Part shown: positions 34,244-45,358 of the stretch, piece after piece
How the letters are laid out: each line of letters opens with the position of its first letter
Numbering within the stretch: position 1 is the stretch's first letter
From: Diplonema japonicum
Lineage: Eukaryota; Protista; Euglenozoa: Diplonemea
Reading direction: 5' to 3'
Assembly (NCBI GenBank): GCA_964019335.1
Contig: OZ025662.1
Location: 124,001-188,000, forward strand
Length of the DNA stretch: 64,000 nt
Made by a program: the position numbers and the translations under genes
Notes under the pieces: generated by a model
The model's input: the letters and a program-made list of their open reading frames with translations, nothing else
Told to the model about the DNA's origin: nothing
Databases searched by the model: none

Positions 34244-35338
34244 TTAATGAGAGACTTTCTTCTTGGCGTTCAGGGGGGCTGACGGGTTTGAATGAGAGGG
34301 AGTAGTGGCCATGGTGGCTTGGCACGAGGTCGCGTTTCCCACCTTTCTCACAGGTGTGGAGGGGAGTTCAGTTTGGGTGGGTGAGTAGTCGATGCCGGAC
34401 TGAGATTCGTCCGGTCTCTCGTGGCAGTGCGGTGGTGGCTCGGGGCTTGACTCTTCTTCTTCCTCCATCCTATTGCCTCCTGTTGTCAGGAGGAGGAGGA
34501 TTTTATTATACTGGCTCGCACCAGTCTCCGTCAGCCTCCTCTCCATGGCCACCAGCCGCTCCGTCTGCACTGTCGCCATTCTCTCGATGGCTTGTGCCAG
34601 GTTACCAACCTGACCTTCGACCGCTTCCACCTTACCCTGTACCTTCCCCATCTCCTCTTCCTGGGTCTCCATTCTTGACTCCAGGTGCCTCAACATCATT
34701 TCCTCTTCCTCCCCCTTCTCTTCCTTCTCCGCTAGTTTCCTCTCCATCACCTCCAGTCTCTCCATCAGCGCCTTCAGCTGCTCCCCGCTTTCTCCGTCTG
34801 TCGCCTTTTTTTCTTCCTTATCCTTCTTTCTCTTTTCCTTTTTCTCTTCCTCTTTCTGTTTTATGTCCCTGTCCCTGACACCAGCCGCACACCACAGTTC
34901 CCACCAGACACTGTTTCCGAAGAACCTACGGAACTCTATCGCCGTAGCCTTCCTCTTTGTCTTGCCCCCCGGCAAGGACCTCCTGTAGTCCAGCAGACCC
35001 CCCGTTTGCACAAGGAGGTGCACAGTCTGCTCGATCTCACCCAGCTTCACTTCCAACTTCACAGAGGGGGGAGGGGCTTCAGCTCTGATGGCACCAATGG
35101 TGCCGTCAAACCTTAAAAGCTTCCCCCATCTGATCTCGCTGAGAATTGAAGCTAGCTGCGACCAGCTACAGGATGGGGACACAGCTACGTCTACATAGAG
35201 GCATTTAGTTCTTGTCGTTGGGGTCGGTGGCGTGGGGTCAAGTGTCAGGGCTATCGGGGGCTGGTCTTCGCCGGCGCCTTTCGCGCCGCCCAGTGGGGAC
35301 CTCGTGGAGGTGCCAGCTTCCTTCTGCTTATCAGACAT
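34244..35338 (-). CDS. Family C ORF1 (364 aa, coiled-coil-rich, unknown function)
   Basis: ATG after an A-rich leader inside the ribozyme; E/K heptad-rich central part. Confidence 0.78.
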   Translation of the reverse strand: MSDKQKEAGTSTRSPLGGAKGAGEDQPPIALTLDPTPPTPTTRTKCLYVDVAVSPSCSWSQLASILSEIRWGKLLRFDGTIGAIRAEAPPPSVKLEVKLGEIEQTVHLLVQTGGLLDYRRSLPGGKTKRKATAIEFRRFFGNSVWWELWCAAGVRDRDIKQKEEEKKEKRKKDKEEKKATDGESGEQLKALMERLEVMERKLAEKEEKGEEEEMMLRHLESRMETQEEEMGKVQGKVEAVEGQVGNLAQAIERMATVQTERLVAMERRLTETGASQYNKILLLLTTGGNRMEEEEESSPEPPPHCHERPDESQSGIDYSPTQTELPSTPVRKVGNATSCQATMATTPSHSNPSAPLNAKKKVSH

Positions 35339-35374
35339 TTCTTTTTTTTTTATTGTCGTGTAAGCGTTCCCACC
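35260..35374 (-). ncRNA. HDV-like ribozyme (C 5' end, second copy)
   Basis: Reverse complement of 18001-18115. Confidence 0.85.
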
Positions 35375-35376
35375 TA

Positions 35377-36627
35377 TTTTTTTTTTAAATAATAATAATA
35401 AATATTCCACTACCAGGCGGGAGGATCGAAGGGGAGTAGAGAAAACCATTCAAGGGAAAGGGAAAGGGACATCACTTCAAACCAAGAGAGGTGTTTGAAA
35501 GTGATTCGTGAAAAGCAGTCTCTGTTACTGAGCCATTGGTCGAGGGGTCCTGGTCCGCTGCTCCCTGTAGTAAATTACTTGGACCCCCTCACCACGCTCT
35601 TTTCATAATAAAATAAAACCGATCCCACCCACCAGGCAGCACCTGGGTCTCGAGGCATTAGCCGCCTCTAGTAACAAGAGACGACCTCCCAGATTTTAAG
35701 AACTTTGGAGGAGTTTCAATTGTGAAAAATTAACCAGCTGACTGTGAAACTCCACCGTCTGCTGGACTTGTTGGGCTTTCGGGAGCCAATAAATTCAATT
35801 CAATTAAGTTTCGTTCTTCAGTTTTTTTTTTTTTTTTCTCAAAATAAAGGAATTCAAATCAAGCTCGATTGTGTACACCGAAGCTTGAATCATCTGTCCT
35901 TTTTTTTCTTTTTTTTTTTTTTTCTTTTTTCTTTCTATATGAAAGGTGAGTGGAAAATTTGAATAACACTGGGGGCGGGGGACAGGGGCCTGGTAATGGA
36001 AAATAAGGGAAGACACTGGGGAGGGAGGTGAAAAGAAAGGATAGGAGTGAAGCCAGAGTCGAGAGATTGAGTTAGAAACAATTGCTGTCTGAAGTCGTTT
36101 AACAACTTCAGACCTCAATGTTTGGAGAGTATAATATATTATAATTTATAAGTTTTTTCACAATGTTCCCTGCCGCTCCAAGAGCTGGGCGGTCTTACAG
36201 GCGTCGGTGGACAGGAGGACTTTGAGGGAAGGAAGGGAGCTACCGAAGATCTGACTCCTTTGGTCGATCCTCTTTTCGTCTTGGCATTCCCGTAGGAGGT
36301 GGAAGCCGAAGAAGAGAGCGGAGTGCCCTACCCTCAGCCACAAGATGACCATCTCCACTAGCCTGGGGAGGGACTGGGGGAAGCATGCTGCTCAGAGCCC
36401 TGTGGCCCTCGCATATCTCAGGGCCACCTCCCCAACAATGACCACAGACCTCTGCTGAATCTGGCGACAGACCAGGGCCCTGACCGACCTGTAGTCGAGA
36501 GAGGGGCAAGTCAGCTCACGCTTCATGCCCTCCCTGGCCAGCCTGTCTGCTGCCTTGTTGCCAGGAACCCTGCAGTGGGACGGCACAAACTGGAGAATGA
36601 CTGGTGCACCTTGTGCATGTGCCGCGG
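35377..36627 (-). mobile_element. Family B 3' end and full 3' UTR fused to a decayed A-like RNase H fragment
   Basis: 36158-36300 matches the B C-terminus (HLLRECQD..LLERQGTL). 36300-36627 is A-like (LRVGHSALFFGF, PSHC..GNKAAD). Confidence 0.85.
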
Positions 36628-36643
36628 CAGTGTTGGTCCAGAC

Positions 36644-36752
36644 CCTTGAGGGACTCAGGGGACTCTAAGGGACAGGACAGGAGTCCCCTGAAATTTTCAG
36701 GGGTCTGGAGGGGACTCAGGGGACTCAGGGGTCTGGAGGGGACTCAGGGGAC
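36644..36752 (+). repeat. GGGGACTCA-rich repeat block, inverted partner at 45640-45753
   Basis: CCTTGAGGGACTCAGGGGACTCTAAGGGACAGGACAGGAGTCCCCTGAAATTTTCAGGGGTCTGGAGG is present as a near-exact reverse complement 9 kb away. Confidence 0.8.
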
Positions 36753-37021
36753 TCTTGGGACCAAAAAATTTCTTTGTGTTTTTTGTGTCACAAAGGCCCA
36801 AATTTAGGCTGGGGCTTGCATTTTTTTGGCACTTTTGGTTTCAAAGGTTCAAAAAAAGAGGTCCTAGGTTTGGGTGGGATGTGAGGCAAGGCTCATACTA
36901 CCTTGTTGTGACTATGTAAAAAAAAAAAAAAAAAAAAAAAAAAATTAAAAAAAATGTCAGGGGGTTTAGAGACCTGCTTTGAAAAAAATATTAAAAAGAG
37001 GCCTTTGCAAGAAAAGTACAA

Positions 37022-37079
<58 letters not shown>

Positions 37080-37275
37080 AAAAAGGGATGGGCAGTGCTG
37101 GCCAGACTGGTGGTCTGAGGGGTCTGGCCCACAAACCACCCCAACACCCCAAATTTTCGACACACATGATGTATGCAACACAGGGTGCACAACACAGCAC
37201 GTGTTTTATAACATGTACCACTATGTTGCACAGGGAAAAGCAGGTGTCACAATGCACCTCTTGGTGCACAATATA

Positions 37276-37309
<34 letters not shown>

Positions 37310-37477
37310 TTTATCTTCTTTTTCAGGTGGTGGGGATAACATGAAAATATAAGAAAAACATCAGATGTGTTGTTCACTGTTGACCTCCTCATCTGTCATC
37401 ACTGAGCAAACCACACAAGCACAGAATCTTAGTTACCTGGGGCACCCTGGCTGGGGTTGAGCTGAACACCACACACA

Positions 37478-37780
37478 TTAAGGACACAACACAGAATGCA
37501 GAAGAAGCTACAACCCAGCCGTCCAGCCATCGTGATTAAGGAAATGACACGGAACACAAAAAGCTACAACTCGGCCATGGTGATTAAGGACACAATGCAG
37601 AACACAGAAGAAGCTACAACCTGGCCATGGTGGTTAAGGAAATGACATGGAATGCAAGAAGTTACAACCTGGCTGCAGTGATTAAGGGCATGATGTGGAA
37701 TGCAGAAGAAGCTACATCCTGGCCGTGGTGATTAAGGAAACGATGCGGAATGCAGAAGAAGCTACAACTCGGCTGTGGTG
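37478..37780 (+). repeat. Diverged ~49-bp tandem repeat, about 6 units
   Basis: Unit approximately TTAAGGAAATGACACGGAATGCAGAAGAAGCTACAACCTGGCCATGGTGA. Related units at 45880-46440. Confidence 0.8.
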
Positions 37781-38213
37781 CACCCCCTGTAATCAAGTAG
37801 ACAGTTCTTGTGCAGGGTGCTGCCAACACCAGCCTCCTTTAACTCATATATTTATCTCCTTTCTATTATTTTCAGGTGGGGGGGGGATAACACGAAAATA
37901 TGTGCAACAAACAGGCAGTGCAATGCAGGGGTTGAGCTGTACATTGCACATTAGGGGCATGGTGCTGAAAGCAAGGAACCAATCTGTTTACACAGGTTGT
38001 ATAAACATACCCTCCTCTTGTACATATTATTTATTATTTCCCCCCTTTTCTATTACATCCAAATACAACATTTGATGCGGAAAGTAGAAACAACAGCTTG
38101 GCTTAGGTGTGTGATAAAATGTGAGAAGACAAGAAAAAAAGAAGGAAAAAAAAAAAGGTAAACACATCATGTATGTCAAAAAGAAAATCAAGGATTTTTT
38201 CTGACCAACACTG

Positions 38214-38900
38214 GCTGCAGCCACCAGCAGTTCCCAGGTCTCATGGTCAAGCCTCTCCCTCTGCCGCGAAGGACCTGCCCTCAGCTGATCAAGGAGAGAG
38301 CGAGTCGGTACAGATCAACAGCTGGCTGTCTGCCAATGTGGGGTGCTTGCAAGGGCAGCCAGAGCCTCTATGGCCGCCTTCTGCTTATCCACGTCTGGTG
38401 ACGAACGTGTGACCCTGCCAGGAAGGGCTGTTCTGAACTCCACCAGGATCACATGCCATGGTGCTACTTTGGGGGAGGCAGTCAGTAGCTTGAAGGTGTC
38501 ATACTTCCTGAAGCCTTCCTGTGTTGTCCATCCCTGCAGTCCACAGCATTGTAGTGCAAGGATACCTGCATGCAGCCACCCATTGCCTTGGTCATCTGCT
38601 TCTGCTCAAGGACCTCGTGGTGAACTGGGGAGGTCCTCCAGCAGAACAACTTTGCCATCAACACCACCACAGCTCCCTCAGCCATCTGTCAGAGGGGGAG
38701 CAGACCTGCCTCAGCAACAACCTTTGCTGTGCCAACAACCTGAGATCAGCACCACCACTCTCTGGTGGAGCCCAACAAGCTCAGCAGCATGCCCTGTCTC
38801 CCACACCAGCCCTCAACCGTGTCCATCACAGCCTGGGCCCCTCACTCAAGACCAGCCAGGTTGCCCTGCCTGGCTGAGACCACCCCTTCCCTGCTAGCTG
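38214..38900 (-). pseudogene. Decayed family A-like RT-RNase H connection fragment
   Basis: MAEGAVVVLMAKLFCWRTSPVHHEVL aligns with MAEGAAATMTAKAFCWQSSPVHRETV of A; stops and frameshifts present. Confidence 0.75.
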
Positions 38901-38948
38901 CTGGTGACTGTGAGAGTCCTTCCTGGCATTGACATGGAGCACAGTCTC

Positions 38949-39209
38949 CTATCTAGGGCTCATCCTGTAGTTGACATCGACTGCCATCTTCATCAGCAGA
39001 ACTTCCACACAAGATTGAAGCCCCTTCCTTGCTGCAAAGTGAAGCAGGGTTCCCACAAAATCTCCACTATTGTACAGGCCCACTTCAACAGCCAAACAAA
39101 GTAACTTGCTGAGCCTTGTGTCTATCTCACTGCTTGCATTGTGTCTAAGCAGATTGCCTCTTGTGTCAGAGCTCATCATCATTGCAGTTCTCATTGTAGC
39201 CACCTGCAA
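38949..39209 (-). pseudogene. Ankyrin-repeat gene fragment
   Basis: GTLLHFAARKGLQSCVEVLL..AVDVN fits the ankyrin consensus; no extended ORF. Confidence 0.55.
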
Positions 39210-40749
39210 TGCAAAGGCCTGTCAGTGCTTTGTGTTGCTGGAATGAAACAGCTCAAGGATACTCTGGTCTTGGAAGGGTAGATCCTTCACCAACCTTCCA
39301 TCACAGTCAGTTGCCCAGCTCTTCCCCTTCATGGCTGAGGGTGCATGTGGTTGGGCACAACCCAGCCATGACTGTGATTCTGTGCTTTAGTTGTTTTATA
39401 CCCTCCCCTGCCTCTGCTTCTATGCTGGTCATCTCCATGGAGGGAACTGATATTTGCAGCAACACTGTGTTTCTTGTTGTCATTTCCCGTTCTTCTTTTG
39501 TGTTTCCTTCTTACATGTACACCAATAAAATACAGAAATTTATATTTAAAACACCATAAAAACCCATTTCTGCAAACCAAAAAGTTCAGAAAGGTGTTTA
39601 GGTGGAATACACATCTCTAAACTATATTCTGAAGTAAGTAAAAATCCAAAAATTTCAGGGGGGTAACTCATCACTGAGGGTAAAAATTTTTTTTTGAACA
39701 CCCAATTTGGTCCTGAAAATGGAATTCTGAACAGCCAATGGAAAGTTTTGACCCCACTTGGACTGAAATCACTTTAGGAATTTTCCTTAGGGTCTAAATG
39801 GCCACCTGAAAATCACAAAATCAAGTTTTATTTTAGAATGGTATTTTTGGAATTTTGGCCCAATGTTGGGTGATGATAAGCAAAATGCTCCTTGAAGTAG
39901 GTTTCCCAGCTGTGGTTACCTAATCGAATTTTTTTTTTCTTCAAGGAATCAACTTTCTTCCAAAAATTCCAAAAAAGATTTATATCATTCTACCACCTTT
40001 TTACTCACTTTTCAGGAAACACACAATTTCACACATTTGAATTTATTCTTTAGTCTTTTTCTGAACCTATTTAATTTTTAAACCTAATAAAGAAAGTGTA
40101 AATCTCCTAATCAAAACTTTTTAGTCCCAGTGTTACCAAAATGGGTTGAAAATTAAAGTACCCAGCTGTGGTTACTTAATCAAAAAAGAATTTAATAGTC
40201 CATTTAACCTATGTATTCAAACCTTTTACCCTTACTTGGTTTTTTTGTGGAATTTATTTCATTCTTTTAGTTCCTTGCCCAGCAATAGCAGTTGGTCTTT
40301 CCTCTTGGCTGCAATCTCCTTCACCTCCAGTGCTTGCCAACAATAGCAAAGTGTCAGTGGTGGCACCTTCTTCACCTCAATCCTGGGACCTTTCAACCCT
40401 AATATTGCCAGCCATGCCCCCTTTCCACCCAAGGTAGGCTATCAGGTAGTCTTTTCTGACAGATTTGCTGGTTCTATTGGGGTGTCTTGTTGGGTTAGGT
40501 TATTTTTTAAAACAACTTGCCAATAAAGTACAGTAAAAACAGGGGGGGGAAATACAAAGAATGAGAAAGGTAAGTTATAAAGGAAAGAAAAATGACAGAT
40601 GGACCATTACTAGGCCAAGTACAGGTGCCCTTTGTGAAAAAAATCTTTTTTTCTGAGGTAAAATATCACTTTTCAGGTGACAATTTTTTTTGTGAGGAAA
40701 AAAATTCTTTGGGCCCTTTTTTTTTGACCCATGACCATCTAGTGGTGGC

Positions 40750-41340
40750 ATGAAAGCTCAGATGAGCAGTACTGATTCAGACGAGTTCAGGAGTGCCCAA
40801 GGGGACATTCTCACTGATGATGGGACCTCACCTAGCACCAGTAGTGACGAGAAGAGTGAAAATATGCCCTGGACATGGCAACCAGAATGTCTCAGCAGTG
40901 GAGCTCTACTTTGAGCAAGAGGAATCGGGTTTGTGGTGGAAACAATCCAAGGAAAGTCTAGTCAATGGTGGTAACAATCTGAAGAAAACCGACAGAATGT
41001 ACCTAATCTTGCTCCAGTGAAGAAGCAAGTAGGCCCAGGCAGGCCCAAAATGGGTCCAGTCCAGAAACAACTGCCCAGCAAGCACCTGTTCTGAAATGGG
41101 GACCAAGGGGCCCAGGGAAGATGCCAGGCACAACTTCACCAAAGGTCACTGGTCCAAAAAACTGGATGCAGCAAGACAATGGACACACCACATGCGTGTT
41201 TTGGGGGTCTGGGAGCAAACTATCTTCATCTGCAAGGCTTGTAACGTGCATCTGTGCCCAGCTTGCTTTGCAGACTATCACGAACCAGTGGTTTACCCAC
41301 CCCCTCTGGAGGCCCGGCCACACCGAAGAAACGCCTAAGG
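40750..41340 (+). pseudogene. piggyBac-like transposase remnant (C-terminal cysteine-rich domain)
   Basis: H-W...TIFICKACNVHLCPACFADYH resembles the piggyBac CRD, with an acidic Ser-rich stretch upstream. No DDD core and no clear TIRs. Confidence 0.55.
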
Positions 41341-42023
41341 ACCAGCATCTCCAAACACATACCCTTCTCCCCAGGTCGTCATCTGAGCCAAGTCCCAAAA
41401 GCAAAACCCCCCCTAGCACTCCGAGGCCCAAGCGAAAAAAGTAAGGAAGTGTCTAACCTATGGGTGGGGTTTTACAATAAATTTCACTTCAACTCCTTAT
41501 TCTATTCACTTCCCAGGGCCTTTGAGGGGCATCTGGGGGTGTTTTTTGTCCCTCCTGGGTGATGTATTTTCTTTTACACAAGCATCGTTCTATGGTTGCA
41601 TGCTCAAGGATGTTTTAATTTTAGAAAATAAAAAAGTCGATGGTGACCTTTTTTTTGCCCAAAAACCCCCATCCTTTAATGGTTAATATAAATTTCATGA
41701 TTTCTGGCTTTTTCCAGAAAAAAAAATTTGGGGTCAAAAATGGCCAAAAACTAGTTTGGTGCTCCATTTGTTTGTGTGCACGAGTGGAATTTTACCTAAT
41801 AAAATAGCTCATTATGCTGCCATCAACTAGTTTTTAGTCTTGACAATAATATTGTTAAAACAAAAAACTAGTTTGGCACTCCATTTGTTTGTGTGCACAA
41901 GCGGTCCACTTATGAACACCCCCCCTCCCCACTGCATGTCCCTTAGGTCACAGATTCGTCTTAGCGAACCTTGGCCAGGAGTGGGGTAGGCCGCCAGTGT
42001 GCTTGTGCCAAGGAAAAAACATG

Positions 42024-43500
42024 TCACAACCTAGTGTACGCATCCACCGGGTTCTCCCAGGACCTCACATAGAACCCAGACACCTTGCTTTGTGCCTCCT
42101 CTGCGATCTCTCGGCCGGCACAGCATCTCGAGCATGACCTCGTCACCAGAGTAGGCCTTCCGCCAAGCACCAAGAACGACTGGGCATACATCTCCAATTG
42201 AGCAATGGCTGCTCCTGCCAAGGCTTGCTTGGTATACATCCCCACCTGACGTGTTTCTTCCCATCGAGCATTAGCATGCAGCACCACCCCGTCAAGCTGG
42301 CATCCGTGAGGCCTCGAGCCTTACTGTAGGTCGCTCGGCCCACTGCTTCCATTCGTTCTGTCTCAGCTCTTCGAAAGCGGCTCGCAATGCACGTTGCACT
42401 GACACTGGTATTATTATGAGTGTAGTCTAAAAACCCGCTCGACTAGCAGCATCGAGGTCCTTGCCTTTGCACACCCTGACATCCACCTAAGGATGGACTT
42501 GAACCTGAAAAGAGGGAGGGCTACTGCATGAGCTCGCCAAAGTACAAGACCACAGAGCCTCCACTACCTCCGAAGCTGTAGGGGTCTGTCAAACACGAAG
42601 TCCTCCAGTACCGGTTTCAGGGCTTCGATCCACTTGCTGCACATCCTCCATCTCTTGCATTGGAGGTCGAACTCCAGACCCAAGACTCTACCCACCTGTG
42701 ACGGAGCCGACGTCTCGCCAATCACGATGCGGTACCTCCGGCACAGAGCTTCGAACCTGAGCGAAGCCTCCTTCAACGTACCCAGGTCTTTGTCGATGAG
42801 TACGATGTTGTCCAGCCAGACGACAGCCAGAACGGATGAATTTCTCACAGACTTGTTAGCCACACATCTGGCGACGGCTTGACCCAGCTGCGGCGCGGCT
42901 CGGTATCCCATTGCAAGCCGCTGCATCTGCAAGATATTCCCATCCACTCTGAACGAGAAGAAAGGCCACGATTCCTTGTGCAGCTCAAACTGGAAAAACC
43001 ATGATTTGAAATCGTGCTCGATGAAGTAGGCTCCTCGGAACATGGTCTCGACTATCTCACGATAGGAGGGGAAGTTACACGGCGGCAAGGGTAAGTGGCT
43101 CAGACTCTTGTTCAGACCTGAGGATGAAACGCAGCTGTCCAGGCTTTCGCTTTTTAACGCAAAAAGCGCTATGAAAAAATGAACCGGCTCTGCTCCTTGG
43201 GGCTTTCACAGCGATGTTGCCTCCAGTGATCTGACCAACAAGAACAGCCAATCTCGTATTGCGAGGACCAACCTCCTTAGTGCGGCTGCCGATGTGCCGC
43301 CGAAGAAAAGACGGCTTTATCCATTCGAAGTTCTCCCCCAAACAGGGGAAGTCCTCCTGCAACAAGGCAGCATCGAGGGGCTCTAGGGGTGCGCCTGCCA
43401 CATGACCCTCATAGCTCGCTCGAGGAATCCGAGGCACGTCTCCTTCCAGATTCCACCAGTCCCAGTCATAGTCGTACCAGGACAAAACCTCCCAAAAAGT
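42024..43500 (-). pseudogene. RT and RNase H of the YR retroelement (frameshifted)
   Basis: FCVKK..LRFI, DFKSWFFQF, LAMGY, WLDN (RT); TDAS, IAQLE, VRSWENPVDAYTR (DIRS-type RNase H). Confidence 0.78.
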
Positions 43501-43502
43501 AT

Positions 43503-44309
43503 CTAGAGGTTCCTTGAGACGTCGACCGACCCCTTCACGTCCCCCCATGTACCTCGAGAGGTGTAGTGTCTGGTCGACTCGACGCGACGATGCCGACCAA
43601 GTGTCCTCGCGGCCTCCTCCCCTTGGGTCAGGGCGACTTCGTTCAAGGTCGTGTGACAGATGAACCTTGTTGTCACCCCGAGGCTCTGCTTCACGAAGGA
43701 GTTGTAGTCCCCGTAGGAAAGCTCCTGAAACAGCCGGTGTTCGGGCAACCTCGGTTGCGAGTCCATCCACAACAGGAACTTGTCGATCTGTTTGTTCTGT
43801 GAACTTCCTTCACTGCGGACATGGTCGGCACCCAGGCCATCTTGTCCTCGTGCGCGGAGTGGTCCGAGAGTTTTCGACTCAGGGATCGCCGAAGAAGTTG
43901 AAAAGGGGACCTCTCCACCTGGCTGAAGTACGTCATATACTGCAGAGCCGAACTCGGGCTGAGGCGCTTCTCGTCGCGTAGACGCTGCACCCACATCGCA
44001 AAGCACATCTCCTTTGACAGGTGTGGCTGAATCCTCTGGAGTTGCTCACAGAAGGCCTCCGATCTTCGCATCACTGAGAGAAAAGCCTGACCCTTGTAAG
44101 CGGTGGACATCGTCTTTAGCGTGTTCTGCCATAGCTCTGGAACTTCGCTCCCGTCGACAGAGTCCTTCTTGCGGATGGTTCCGCCACGGAGAAGATCGCT
44201 CCATGGGGAATCGGAAAGCGTTATAGTCGTAAGAGAGGAAGGAAGAGAGGGATTTTTTGATTGGGGAAGGAGGGGTTTGGGTTTTGGGGAGAGTGAGGCT
44301 GCGGCTCAC
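43503..44309 (-). pseudogene. Tyrosine recombinase (frameshifted)
   Basis: N-terminal LSPSSALQY helix and C-terminal LGRH..STRHY, matching the H/W...Y end of YRs. The H-x-x-R box is degenerate. Confidence 0.6.
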
Positions 44310-45358
44310 TTTTTTGGAGTCGAGAAACTTCCCAACCTAGTCCTCTTAGGGGTTCCACCTTGTCTGTTTCTCAACCTGTCTGCTTCCCTCTCCCTCTCCC
44401 GATCCTTCTTCAAGACCTCAAGCACGGCCTCCGTAGAGTTCATGTGCTTAAATGTAAGCCATAGCTTTTTATCGGAGAAGTCCTCCCAGTGTGACCCGAA
44501 GAGATACCCCTCGTAAGCGCGGGCCTTCTGAATCCCGAGCCGGAAATTCTGGCCACACTCCGTCAGCACGTGCAGAGCTTCAAGCCGTAGCATGTAACTG
44601 TGCAGCGTCGGAAGTAGATCCTTAGACCATTTGCCTTCCTCGTCGCGAGCTACCCGTAGGTAGTGCCAGATCCTCATAGATTCGTGGCAACCCGCATTGG
44701 CGTCACTCTCCGGCTTGTCCACGAAAGGACCGTAACGCAACGCGATCGCGGACAGGATTGCGTCCACCCCCGAAGGGCAATCCAAGTAGGGGACCCACTC
44801 CACGACCCGCCGAAGATCCAGGTCAAACGGGACCCTGGTCCTCTTCTCCTTGCGCAGAGCCGTTAATTCGGCCTCCAACGCTTCATGCTTCAGGGCCATC
44901 GCGTCGTTCCTCGCCACCATCAGCTGCACCAAACGGCGTACCGTTGGGTCAGCGTGGCTTTCCGCCTCCGTCAGCAAGTCTACCTCAGCGACCCCGCCAG
45001 TGTCCGTCATTTCCTCGCGCTCCTCGTCCTCCCCTTCCGCATGATCTGCCCCCTCGTCGGTGACAACTAAGTCAGCCCCATTGTCAACTTCCCAGCAACA
45101 CGGAGGGCAAACCCAAAGCTCCTCTGAACTCGTGGGCAACTCGAAGCGCACCCGTAGGGCCTTCGTTTTCATTTTTGCCCGTAGGCACTCGGGGTCCCCC
45201 ACGCTCGTGCAATGGTTACCCAGATCATGGGCCCTATCGCATGAGGGGAAGAACACACAGTCGTGACCGTGTTTCGCGGGGGTAGCCGAAGGAGGATATG
45301 TCGATGTCTCGACGTCCGTCCACTTAACCTTCCCTAGTTCGAAGTCGTCCCTTGACAT
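44306..45358 (-). CDS. Gag-like ORF1 of the YR retroelement (Cys/His-rich N-terminus, coiled coil)
   Basis: 350-aa intact ORF starting just after the terminal repeat and overlapping the YR start. Confidence 0.65.
   Translation of the reverse strand: MSRDDFELGKVKWTDVETSTYPPSATPAKHGHDCVFFPSCDRAHDLGNHCTSVGDPECLRAKMKTKALRVRFELPTSSEELWVCPPCCWEVDNGADLVVTDEGADHAEGEDEEREEMTDTGGVAEVDLLTEAESHADPTVRRLVQLMVARNDAMALKHEALEAELTALRKEKRTRVPFDLDLRRVVEWVPYLDCPSGVDAILSAIALRYGPFVDKPESDANAGCHESMRIWHYLRVARDEEGKWSKDLLPTLHSYMLRLEALHVLTECGQNFRLGIQKARAYEGYLFGSHWEDFSDKKLWLTFKHMNSTEAVLEVLKKDREREREADRLRNRQGGTPKRTRLGSFSTPKK

Larger units (their letters stand above)
29069..35374 (-). mobile_element. Full-length family C element
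   Basis: 5' ribozyme (35260-35374), ORF1, A-rich linker, structured RNA (33837-33996), ORF2, ~860-nt 3' region ending AGTGGAACAAAT..(TAT)n poly(A). Confidence 0.92.
36628..38213. mobile_element. Non-autonomous TIR DNA transposon inserted in the decayed A-like element
   Basis: TIR CAGTGTTGGTC(C)AGA / TCTGACCAACACTG. Flanks GCCGCGG and GCTGCAG are a 7-bp TSD differing only by CpG decay. A-like sequence resumes at 38214. Confidence 0.7.

Noticed and set aside
37478-37780. CRISPR-like periodicity
   Set aside because: The whole unit is a diverged tandem repeat without unique spacers, the context is eukaryotic, and there are no cas genes.
40200-41690. TTAA-flanked piggyBac termini
   Set aside because: A GGTTAA candidate exists at 41681-41686 but I found no matching inverted terminus.
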